A stretch of DNA of 63,814 nt, counting the filler, from Octopus bimaculoides (Eukaryota), in NCBI RefSeq assembly GCF_001194135.2. It is 5 parts of 5 records of this genome, joined end to end, with 100 filler letters (N's around TTAATTAATTAA, not from the genome) between each part and the next. Parts side by side here need not be neighbours in the genome. Positions count along the whole stretch, not along the records: positions 51,328 to 55,407 come from NC_068989.1; positions 55,508 to 61,274 come from NW_026309667.1; positions 61,375 to 63,814 come from NW_026396919.1; 2 more parts are not named here. One strand, given 5' to 3'. Shown in pieces: positions 53,155-63,814 of this stretch (its first letter is position 1; each line of letters opens with the position of its first letter). Under the pieces are notes generated by a model. That model was not told the DNA's origin. It was given only the letters and a program-made list of their open reading frames with translations, and searched no databases. The position numbers and the translations under genes were made by a program.

Positions 53155-53566
53155 NNNNNNNNNNNNNNNNNNNNNNNNNNNNNNNNNNNNNNNNNNNNNN
53201 NNNNNNNNNNNNNNNNNNNNNNNNNNNNNNNNNNNNNNNNNNNNNNNNNNNNNNNNNNNNNNNNNNNNNNNNNNNNNNNNNNNNNNNNNNNNNNNNNNNN
53301 NNNNNNNNNNNNNNNNNNNNNNNNNNNNNNNNNNNNNNNNNNNNNNNNNNNNNNNNNNNNNNNNNNNNNNNNNNNNNNNNNNNNNNNNNNNNNNNNNNNN
53401 NNNNNNNNNNNNNNNNNNNNNNNNNNNNNNNNNNNNNNNNNNNNNNNNNNNNNNNNNNNNNNNNNNNNNNNNNNNNNNNNNNNNNNNNNNNNNNNNNNNN
53501 NNNNNNNNNNNNNNNNNNNNNNNNATAGAGAAAGAGATAGAGGCGGGGTCGATAGATAGATAGATT

Positions 53567-53614
<48 letters not shown>

Positions 53615-54913
53615 CGCGTGTGTCTGTGTATATGTATGTATGCGTATGTGTATATGTAAGTATGTGTATGTATACATAGGCATGTTTGTCTACTATTTCA
53701 TCTTACTATATGTTTCTAATCATTGCGTCTCTTTCCGTCTTTCAAACTTCTATGTTCTCAACTGTTATCTTCCGTTTTTCCCATAAAACAGTCTCACTTA
53801 ATCTACAAACGAATTTATCACGTCCATCTTAAACTTTTGTTTCTTTTCAGACGTTCTTACTTTACAAAATCTTTCTCAAGTTATTTATAACATCCTTTTA
53901 TTTAGTTTAGTTGAATCCATTCCCTCCACTTTGAATCTCATTACTTCCTTGAATGTTGCCATGAGACAGGAGTCAGCAGATTCCAATTTATGTTATATAC
54001 TTGCCTAGTTTATGGTTTTAATCTTGTTTGTTATATTTAGGATACATAAGTTCTATATAATTATATTCAAACTCTCATAACTAATAAACAGAACATTGTG
54101 TTTATCGCTTCTACTTTATTTCGTATTATGTTTAGTAATTTATCGTAAGTTGATTCGTTTGCATTATCAGGCTGTTTTTGTTGTTATTATTATCATCATT
54201 GTTATTATTATTATTATTGTTATTATTACATTTCGTCCGTACAGTGTCTTGGTTGAACAAGATGAGTGGGAACAGGGAAACGTTACGACTTCCTGTACCT
54301 ACTCTGTTAAATAGTAGAAGCGTCAGCACTCTGAATGCAACAACAGTAACAACTATATTGCTAGTTTATAACACAGGCATAAGGCCACAGATTTCTAGGG
54401 AGAGGAATAGTCGATATTATATATTCCAGTACTTCGTCAATGGTTAACTTCGGAGGTATTTGAAGGATTTGAACTCTGAACGTAAAGGTTCGGAACTAAA
54501 TACTCTAAGGCGTTGGACGTTCTAACAATTCTACCAATCCAGTGATAATTCTAATGATGATATTTAATTTAGGAATAAGATCTACAGAAACGGTTTGGCG
54601 ATTGCCTCAACCACGTCATTTGTGGTACTTTATTTTATCGATTGCAGATTGATGAAACGCAAAGTTGTCCCCCCAGAGGTGTTTGAATTTAGACTGTAAA
54701 GTGCCATAAATGGCGCTGAGAATTTTGTCCGGAGTTTAAAAAGAAACGTACAGGCATATCCCCCCCCCCCCAAAAAAGAAGACATGCAGATATGAACAGA
54801 ACGAAATTTCCTGGGCTTACAACTATACTCACTTAGGCGATAGCACTGCTTATGTACTGCACACTTATCACATATATTATGTGTCATTTATTGATAGTGG
54901 ACCACAGGAATTG

Positions 54914-55298
54914 TTTTATTTGTTTCTGTCATTTGACTGCGGCCATGCTGGAGCACCGCCTTTAGTCGAGCAAATCGACCCCAGGACATATTCTTCGTAA
55001 GCTTAGTGCTTATTCTACAGAATTTTTTTTCCGAACAGCTAAGTTACACGAACGTAAATACACCAACGTCGGTTGTCAAGCGATGGTAGGAAGACAAGCA
55101 CAAACACACTATTACATATATATATATACACACACACGACGGGCTTCTTTCAGTTTCTGTCTACCAAATCCACTCACAAGGCTTTGCTCAGCCCGATACT
55201 ATAGTAGAAGACACTTATCCAAGGTGCCACGTAGTGAGACTGAACCCGGGACCCGGAACCATGTGGTTGAGAGGCAAGCTTCTTACTACATAGCCACT
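54914..55298 (-). mobile_element. SINE family A, best-preserved full-length copy (tRNA head + CORE-like segment + internal microsatellite + 3' tail)
   Basis: Minus-strand A-box TGGCTATGTAGTAAG, B-box GGTTCAGTCTC, CORE-like CCTTGGATAAGTGTCTT, an internal TG/TA run and the complete 3' half. Confidence 0.9.
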
Positions 55299-55407
55299 GG
55301 TATATAAATATGTACCAAATCTAAATTGTAGATCCGACTCAGGAATTGCCTGGAACCAAACTTGAGACGGTTCTTTAGAAATACATATATATATATATAT
55401 ATATATA

Positions 55408-55507
55408 NNNNNNNNNNNNNNNNNNNNNNNNNNNNNNNNNNNNNNNNNNNNTTAATTAATTAANNNNNNNNNNNNNNNNNNNNNNNNNNNNNNNNNNNNN
55501 NNNNNNN
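55408..55507. other. Assembly join linker
   Basis: 44N-TTAATTAATTAA-44N. Confidence 0.95.
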
Positions 55508-55578
55508 TATAAGGGGGTCCCTAAGGTAAAGCTTGAAATATAAAGGGGTCCGCAAGTTAAAAAGTTTGAAACCCCCTG
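55508..55578. mobile_element. Terminus of a hAT-like non-autonomous element
   Basis: GGGGTCCGCAAGTTAAAAGTTTGAAACCCCCTG resembles the hAT-type end (TIR CAGGGG-TT-TCAAAC). The other end is not visible. Confidence 0.45.
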
Positions 55579-55627
55579 GTATGAACGTAGCTGAAAGGTC
55601 TGAGGATAGCTGTTTGACGACTATCAA

Positions 55628-57035
55628 ACGCTTATTTTTTCCTGTCACAACTCGTCCATGAAAATAACCAAAGTGTCTTGGATCTAGTGGTAAGCAATCA
55701 TGTGGAAAGAACCCTAACCCTAACCCTAACCCTAACCCTAACCCTAACCCTCATGACATAGAACTCTGTAACCTTAATCTTCAGCATCCAAAAAATTTGG
55801 CATAAATCACAAACTCCAGTGCACCCATTTGATAATATGAATTCACACGAATCAAACTGGAGTGCGATCATTTAAGACTTATCGCAAGTAAACTGGTCAT
55901 TCACCCTTGCTTCCTCCAGTACCACAACAAACACAAACGCATGGTAACTATTTGAGGATACAGTCACCCACATGTGCTCAAAACGCACACCTTCACGACT
56001 CGTAAATAACAGTGGATGCAGGATTCCAAAACCGAAAAGCGCTCATCGGGAGAATAAAAAGGATAAACCGAAAAATCGAAACTCTAAAATACCACCATCA
56101 GCATCACCCCCCCCCAATCGAGACCATTATCAACCTTGGAATCAAAGAAGCAACAGCTGCAGGACTGTACGAGGATCCTCATAAACGACCAAAGAGCTGC
56201 AGAGGAAGCCTGGGATATTAAAATCTTTTAATCCTTTGCAAAAACACATAGGACCACAGTTTCTTCTGTCGGCCCAACCGGTTGATGGAAGCGGCTTTCT
56301 TCACAGTGATGCTAAAGACATGGCCGAGATCCTGCAAAGTCAATACTGCTGTGACCCTTATTTTCTGTGACCCTGATTCGGTTGACTCAAGTATCTTTGC
56401 TTCTTTGAGTCCTCAACATGTCCTTTCCGACATAACCTTCTACGCCACTGACATCCTAGCAGCAATAAAAGAAATCAAACTTGATTCAGCAGCGGGTCCT
56501 GGCAGGTTCCTTGCTAGAATCCTGAAGGAATGCAGACAGCAACTCACAGCTCCTCTTTCAAATCTCTGGTGGAAGTCACTGGATGCCGGTTTTATCCCTC
56601 AAAACCTTCTCCCCCAGTCAGTCGTTCCTATCTTTAAAAAAGGGAATAAATCGTTCCCTATAAACTACCGTCCAATCTCACTCACCTCATATATCATCAA
56701 AATATTTGAGAAAGTGTTGAGATCAAGAATAACAGCCTCCTTAGAGCAAAATCATCTTCTAAATTGCAACCATCATGGTCTTCGTGGTAGGAGGGATTGT
56801 CTAACACAGCTTCTCCACCACTTTGATGACATCTTAAATGCATTAAGTGTGGGCTCGAATGCTGATGTCATACACCTTGATTTCAACAAGGCCTTTGACA
56901 GAGTCGACCACAATGTACTGTTAAGGAAACTATCCATGTGGAATTCTCAACATGTCCTTTCCGACATAACCTTCGACGCTACTGACATCCTAGCAGCAAT
57001 AAAAGAAATCAAACCCGATTCAGCAGCGGGTCCTG
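55628..57035 (+). mobile_element. Jockey/CR1-like LINE relic (EN C-terminus to RT N-terminal half)
   Basis: FLSQLVHE..LDLVVSNH; RKALIGRIKRINRKI; DSAAGPG; VVPIFKKG..NYRPISLTS; HHGLR..CLTQL; IHLDFNKAFDRVDH. It is truncated before YADD. Confidence 0.92.
55710..55751. repeat. Interstitial telomeric repeat (AACCCT)7, i.e. (TTAGGG)n on the minus strand
   Basis: Seven perfect hexamers counted directly. Confidence 0.95.
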
Positions 57036-57037
57036 AC

Positions 57038-57137
57038 AGTGGAAGACACTTGCCCAAGGTGCCACGCAGTGGGACTGAACCCGGAACCATGTGGTTGGGA
57101 TGCAAGCTTCTTACCACACAGCCACTCCTGCGCCTAT
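57038..57137 (-). mobile_element. SINE family A head abutting the LINE relic
   Basis: ATAGGCGCAGGAGTGGCTGTGTGGTAAG...GGGTTCAGTCCCACTGCGTGGCACCTTGGGCAAGTGTCTT on the minus strand. Confidence 0.9.
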
Positions 57138-57799
57138 CAGCGTGGCACTCCGTCGGTTACGACGACGAGGGATCAACGGAACAGCCTGCTCATGAAATTA
57201 ACGTGCAAGTGGCTGAGCACTCCACAGATACGTGTACCATAGTTCTCGCGGGTGGGGGTGGGGGGATTCAGCGCGACGAGGCTGGTCCCCTTTGAAATAA
57301 AGGTACGACAGAAACNNNNNNNNNNNNNNNNNNNNNNNNNNNNNNNNNNNNNNNNNNNNNNNNNNNNNNNNNNNNNNNNNNNNNNNNNNNNNNNNNNNNN
57401 NNNNNNNNNNNNNNNNNNNNNNNNNNNNNNNNNNNNNNNNNNNNNNNNNNNNNNNNNNNNNNNNNNNNNNNNNNNNNNNNNNNNNNNNNNNNNNNNNNNN
57501 NNNNNNNNNNNNNNNNNNNNNNNNNNNNNNNNNNNNNNNNNNNNNNNNNNNNNNNNNNNNNNNNNNNNNNNNNNNNNNNNNNNNNNNNNNNNNNNNNNNN
57601 NNNNNNNNNNNNNNNNNNNNNNNNNNNNNNNNNNNNNNNNNNNNNNNNNNNNNNNNNNNNNNNNNNNNNNNNNNNNNNNNNNNNNNNNNNNNNNNNNNNN
57701 NNNNNNNNNNNNNNNNNNNNNNNNNNNNNNNNNNNNNNNNNNNNNNNNNNNNNNNNNNNNNNNNNNNNNNNNNNNNNNNNNNNNNNNNNNNNNNNNNNN

Positions 57800-57855
<56 letters not shown>

Positions 57856-58020
57856 GAGAGAGAGAGAGAGAGAGAGTATGTGAGAGTTGACTTAGTAGTT
57901 CGATATAGACAGAGTTTAAAGCATTGAACAGAGAAAGAGAAACAGATAGAGAATGAATGAGAGGAGATTCTGAAAGGCAGACGAACGAAACACATCTCCC
58001 GCCTGATGATGTAAGAAGAC

Positions 58021-58140
58021 AAGACGAGACTGACCGATTGAGACGAGACTGACCGACTAGCCAATGAGAACTTCGTATATGTCACACGTGACTACGTGCT
58101 GCCCGCCATCTTGTCTGCATTCGACGCCGGCCTCGTTTTA
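58021..58140 (+). promoter_or_regulatory. Candidate Pol II promoter (CCAAT box, E-box, YY1 motif, CpG-rich)
   Basis: AGCCAATGA (58059-58067), CACGTGAC (58085-58092) and CCGCCATCTT (58103-58112) cluster within about 55 bp. Confidence 0.4.
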
Positions 58141-58900
58141 ATACTGAGTGAGAGTGAGTGAGAAAGGACGGCTAAGTGTGAGTAAGGAAAGTGAGAGGGA
58201 GGTGAAAGTGTAAAAGTTTAACTGAGGGATATTTAAATAGAGTATTTAATGTTAGGGAGGAAGACATCGTTAGAGTAAAAGATACATAAATACATTGAGG
58301 AGACGATGTATATATATCAGAGGGATAGATATAAATATAATGAGGGTAAAAGAGAGGAAGGTATAGAGAAAGAAGAGGGGAAGTGAGAGGCGGGTAATGA
58401 AACAAATATTGAGAGAGGGGCAAAGAAACAGAGAGTGTGAGACACTAAGAGGCTGAGAGAGAATGAGTGGGGAAAAAGATACATAGAGAGAGAGAGAGAG
58501 AGAGGTAGTGTGTGTGTCTGTGTGAGAGAAAGAGATTGAGTGAGACACACTGGGAAATAAATAGACACTTAGAAAGGGGTAGTATAAAAGAGGGTGAGTG
58601 AATGCGAAACACAGGGAAGCTGAGAGAAAAATTGATTGAGACAAACTGGGAAACAAATATACAAAGAGAGAGAGAGAGGGTTCAAGTAAGATTGAAGAGA
58701 GAGAGAGCAAGACTGCGAGAGAGTGAGTGAGACGGACAGGGAACAGATAGAGACATCGAGAGGGGTAGAGTGAGACAGAAAGAGAGGGAGAGTGAGAACT
58801 GATAGAGAGTGAGTGAGACACAAAGGGAAACGGATAGATGCATAGAGAGAGGGGGGTAAAAAGTGAGGAAGAACGACTAAGCACTACAGAGTGTGTATGT
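58141..58900. repeat. About 750-bp degenerate GA-rich polypurine tract
   Basis: Strong purine bias (GAGA/GAGT/AAAG) on the + strand. Confidence 0.85.
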
Positions 58901-59222
58901 GTGTGTGTGGGTTTTTTATATTTGGCGGTTCCGCTACTGTATGTGTGTTTGTTGTGTGAAATACTTATATGTATTGTATATTGTTAAGCACCAGCCCTTT
59001 ACCTTCGAACCACTGTCATTAATTCTGTGTTAGGGACACCATCCTCTCGACAAAACGACCGTCAATGGAAGACAAGCGGGGGACAAGTAGGTAAGATCGA
59101 ATTCCCTGCTCCCTCTTTTTATATATGTGTTGTTGATGGTTCACCTTCTTTGATTACTTTCCATTATAAATATGTATAGATCGCAGTGCATTTATGTATA
59201 TTTATGATTATTTTGCACATAA

Positions 59223-59560
59223 TGATGATTATATGTACACACTAGGTGTACATATAAATAAACACGAAATAATAATTGCACACAATAATATAAATATATT
59301 TGTATATATATATATATATATGTGTATGTATATAGCATAGGTCAGTCACCCAGTTCGTGTACGATCGTATATATATATATATATATATGATGATTATACA
59401 CACTAGTGTATGTATAAATAAACACAAAATAATAATTGCACATATTAACATTATATATAGTAAATGAATTGGGGTATAGTAGATGAAGCATTTCTGAAAA
59501 TTTATTATATATATATATGTGTATATATGAAGCACGGGTCAGTCACCTAGTGTATGTATA
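59223..59560. repeat. Diverged two-unit tandem duplication (period about 165 bp)
   Basis: GATGATTATA..CACACTAG..AAATAAACAC.AAATAATAATTGCACA..GGTCAGTCACC occurs twice. Confidence 0.75.
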
Positions 59561-60671
59561 TATTTATCTATATATGTAAACATTTTTTTAAAAATCTGAT
59601 ACTTCAGATCTAAATATAATCGTTAAAACTAGAAATCTATTTTGTAATAACAGCCACCACCGATAAATTAAATTTGATCACTGAGATCGAGATCCCCTAT
59701 CAACTAATTAGTAATTAGCGAATACTGTATTTAGTGTGTGTGTATAATCGTGTGTGCATATATATATATATATATATANNNNNNNNNNNNNNNNNNNNNN
59801 NNNNNNNNNNNNNNNNNNNNNNNNNNNNNNNNNNNNNNNNNNNNNNNNNNNNNNNNNNNNNNNNNNNNNNNNNNNNNNNNNNNNNNNNNNNNNNNNNNNN
59901 NNNNNNNNNNNNNNNNNNNNNNNNNNNNNNNNNNNNNNNNNNNNNNNNNNNNNNNNNNNNNNNNNNNNNNNNNNNNNNNNNNNNNNNNNNNNNNNNNNNN
60001 NNNNNNNNNNNNNNNNNNNNNNNNNNNNNNNNNNNNNNNNNNNNNNNNNNNNNNNNNNNNNNNNNNNNNNNNNNNNNNNNNNNNNNNNNNNNNNNNNNNN
60101 NNNNNNNNNNNNNNNNNNNNNNNNNNNNNNNNNNNNNNNNNNNNNNNNNNNNNNNNNNNNNNNNNNNNNNNNNNNNNNNNNNNNNNNNNNNNNNNNNNNN
60201 NNNNNNNNNNNNNNNNNNNNNNNNNNNNNNNNNNNNNNNNNNNNNNNNNNNNNNNNNNNNNNNNNNNNNNNNNNNNNNNNNNNNNNNNNNNNNNNNNNNN
60301 NNNNNNNNNNNNNNNNNNNNNNNNNNNNNNNNNNNNNNNNNNNNNNNNNNNNNNNNNNNNNNNNNNNNNNNNNNNNNNNNNNNNNNNNNNNNNNNNNNNN
60401 NNNNNNNNNNNNNNNNNNNNNNNNNNNNNNNNNNNNNNNNNNNNNNNNNNNNNNNNNNNNNNNNNNNNNNNNNNNNNNNNNNNNNNNNNNNNNNNNNNNN
60501 NNNNNNNNNNNNNNNNNNNNNNNNNNNNNNNNNNNNNNNNNNNNNNNNNNNNNNNNNNNNNNNNNNNNNNNNNNNNNNNNNNNNNNNNNNNNNNNNNNNN
60601 NNNNNNNNNNNNNNNNNNNNNNNNNNNNNNNNNNNNNNNNNNNNNNNNNNNNNNNNNNNNNNNNNNNNNNN

Positions 60672-60704
<33 letters not shown>

Positions 60705-61274
60705 CTACACACTTATTACAGTTGTAGTAATTAACATGCAGAGCTAGGACCTACTTAAAAAAACAGTGTTAGTAGTAGCAGCTTGCTTTAAAATATTTTT
60801 GCAATACACATAAATATATACATCAACATCTTCATAACTAATGACTTCATAGAGTAGTTCGATCAATATATTAACAGTAACGGTGAATATGATAACAATA
60901 TCAGTAGTAATTTGTTAATAATAATGTAATAAAATGAATGGTTCTTCGACAAGGGAAAAGTGGCGATAAACAATAACCGCGAGGCTGATATCAGCTAGCC
61001 GTAGTTTCGTAACCGCAATTCGGTTCGTTTTCTTACAAATGGCAGAATACATTAAATTCTTTGGTCGAAGTGGCTGGGGGGTTTTGTTGCGAACCTTTGG
61101 GTTCGTATTTTGAATTCTACGGCGTTTGTTAAGTTGCTGATCCTTATTGAGTTGATTAGAATAGTACCAGTTCTTTATTGAATCCGATTTAGCTGCATGT
61201 TCCCTCTCACGACATATCGGAACTTGTGTATATGTGTATTATAAGTGTATATATGTATATATATATATATATAT

Positions 61275-61374
61275 NNNNNNNNNNNNNNNNNNNNNNNNNN
61301 NNNNNNNNNNNNNNNNNNTTAATTAATTAANNNNNNNNNNNNNNNNNNNNNNNNNNNNNNNNNNNNNNNNNNNN
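61275..61374. other. Assembly join linker
   Basis: 44N-TTAATTAATTAA-44N. Confidence 0.95.
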
Positions 61375-63814
61375 TAGGAACGAACGAATGAACGAACGAG
61401 CCAACGAACGAGCGAATGAACGAAGGAACCATCGAAATAACGAACGTACGTACGTACGTATAAACGAACGAACGAAGGAAGGATCAAACGATGANNNNNN
61501 NNNNGTACGTACGTACGTATAAACGAACGAACGAAGGAAGGATCAAACGATGAATTGATCGAACGAAGGAACAAAAGAACGAACGAACGACCGAAAGAAA
61601 GAACTAAAGATTGAACGAACGAAGGTAGGTGAGTACGAACGNNNNNNNNNNNNNNNNNNNNNNNNNNNNNNNNNNNNNNNNNNNNNNNNNNNNNNNNNNN
61701 NNNNNNNNNNNNNNNNNNNNNNNNNNNNNNNNNNNNNNNNNNNNNNNNNNNNNNNNNNNNNNNNNNNNNNNNNNNNNNNNNNNNNNNNNNNNNNNNNNNN
61801 NNNNNNNNNNNNNNNNNNNNNNNNNNNNNNNNNNNNAACGAACGTACGTAGGAACGAACGAACGTGCGTAAGTACGTACGAAAGATAGATCGTACGTACG
61901 TCAGAACGAACGATCTAACTATCGAACGAACGATCGAACGAACGATAGAAAGAACGTACGTACGTAATAACGTTCGTNNNNNNNNNNNNNNNNNNNNNNN
62001 NNNNNNNNNNNNNNNNNNNNNNNNNNNNNNNNNNNNNNNNNNNNNNNNNNNNNNNNNNNNNNNNNNNNNNNNNNNNNNNNNNNNNNNNNNNNNNNNNNNN
62101 NNNNNNNNNNNNNNNNNNNNNNNNNNNNNNNNNNNNNNNNNNNNNNNNNNNNNNNNNNNNNNNNNNNNNNNNNNNNTACGTAGGAACGAACGAATGAACG
62201 TAATTACGAACGTACGAACGAATGAACGAAAGATCCATCGAAATAACGAACGTACGTACGTAGGTAGAATAGAACGAACGANNNNNNNNNNGTACGTACG
62301 TAGGTAGAATAGAACGAACGAAGGAAGAATCAAACGATGAAATGATCGAACGAAGGAACAAAAGTACGAACGAACGATCGAACGAAAGAACGAAAGATTG
62401 AACGAACGAACGCACNNNNNNNNNNCGAACGAACGATCGAACGAAAGAACGAAAGATTGAACGAACGAACGCACGTGAGTACGAACGATCGAACGTACAT
62501 TCGTACGATCTAACGAACAAACGTACGAAAGAAATAGCGACAAATCCATAGTATGTATGTAAGTACGAATGAACGAATATACGTACGTACGTACGAACGA
62601 ACGAACGAACGTACGCCCGTACAAACGAAAGGAAGGACGAACGAACGAACGTACGCAGGAACGAATGAACGTGCGTAAGTACGTACGAAAGAACGATCGT
62701 ACGTACGTANNNNNNNNNNNNNNNNNNNNNNNNNNNNNNNNNNNNNNNNNNNNNNNNNNNNNNNNNNNNNNNNNNNNNNNNNNNNNNNNNNNNNNNNNNN
62801 NNNNNNNNNNNNNNNNNNNNNNNNNNNNNNNNNNNNNNNNNNNNNNNNNNNNNNNNNNNNNNNNNNNNNNNNNNNNNNNNNNNNNNNNNNNNNNNNNNNN
62901 NNNNNNNNNNNNNNNNNNNNNNNNNNNNNNNNNNNNNNNNNNNNNNNNNNNNNNNNNNNNNNNNNNNNNNNNNNNNNNNNNNNNNNNNNNNNNNNNNNNN
63001 NNNNNNNNNNNNNNNNNNNNNNNNNNNNNNNNNNNNNNNNNNNNNNNNNNNNNNNNNNNNNNNNNNNNNNNNNNNNNNNNNNNNNNNNNNNNNNNNNNNN
63101 NNNNNNNNNNNNNNNNNNNNNNNNNNNNNNNNNNNNNNNNNNNNNNNNNNNNNNNNNNNNNNNNNNNNNNNNNNNNNNNNNNNNNNNNNNNNNNNNNNNN
63201 NNNNNNNNNNNNNNNNNNNNNNNNNNNNNNNNNNNNNNNNNNNNNNNNNNNNNNNNNNNNNNNNNNNNNNNNNNNNNNNNNNNNNNNNNNNNNNNNNNNN
63301 NNNNNNNNNNNNNNNNNNNNNNNNNNNNNNNNNNNNNNNNNNNNNNNNNNNNNNNNNNNNNNNNNNNNNNNNNNNNNNNNNNNNNNNNNNNNNCGATTGT
63401 TCGTTCGTTCGCTCGTACGTACCTTCATTCGTTCGTTCGATCGATCGTTCGTACGTACGTACTTTCGTTCGTACGTACGCACTTTCGTTCGTTCTTTTGT
63501 TCCTTCGAACGTACGTAANNNNNNNNNNGTACGTACGCACTTTCGTTCGTTCTTTTGTTCCTTCGAACGTACGTAATTGCGAACGAACGAACGTAATTAC
63601 GAACGTACCTAGGAACGAACGAATGAACGANNNNNNNNNNTACGAACGTACCTAGGAACGAACGAATGAACGAATGAGCCAACGAACGAGCGAATGAAAG
63701 AAGGAAACATCGAAATAACGAAGTACGTACGTACGTAGAATCGAACGAACGAAGGAAGGATCAAACGGTGAAATGATCAAACGAAGGAACAAAAGAACGA
63801 ACGAACGATCGAAA
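61375..63814. repeat. CpG-rich (AACG/TACG)n complex satellite with higher-order unit and inverted segment
   Basis: Tetramer-based sequence. The marker block CATCGAAATAACGAA..GGATCAAACG.TGAA.TGATC.AACGAAGGAACAAAAG recurs near 61430, 62236 and 63708. 63394-63575 is in the opposite orientation. Confidence 0.9.

Noticed and set aside
61441-63660. Exact duplications flanking 10-N gaps in the satellite
   Set aside because: These are typical unmerged contig overlaps and were not counted as biological repeats.

Overview
This is an AT-rich animal genomic window, dense with microsatellites. Its SINE families, (AT/AC/AG)n load and TE mix resemble Octopus (inference). It is a gapped short-read assembly. 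Four identical 100-bp linkers (44N-TTAATTAATTAA-44N) split it into five blocks: 1-28171, 28272-51227, 51328-55407, 55508-61274 and 61375-63814. Adjacency across the linkers is not sequence-supported. Nearly all long ORFs in the track are microsatellite or N-gap artefacts. The real coding-derived content is decayed transposons: maT-like, mariner, Tc1, a TRT-like DD37E Tc1, Tigger/pogo and MULE DNA elements; RTE and jockey/CR1-like LINEs; three tandem R4/Dong-like RLE LINEs; and Penelope-like elements (PLEs). There are also at least three tRNA-derived SINE families and two fold-back MITEs. No complete host gene was recognised. There are candidate minus-strand 3' exons (10.3, 20.7 and 21.7 kb) and a candidate promoter/first exon (58-59.1 kb). 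The most notable observations are three hammerhead-ribozyme-like motifs at PLE ends (one with a perfect palindromic stem III), a DD37E element, an (AACCCT)7 telomeric tract inside a LINE endonuclease, and a CpG-saturated ACGA/ACGT higher-order satellite with an internal strand switch. I found no clear evidence of a wholly new multi-gene system.
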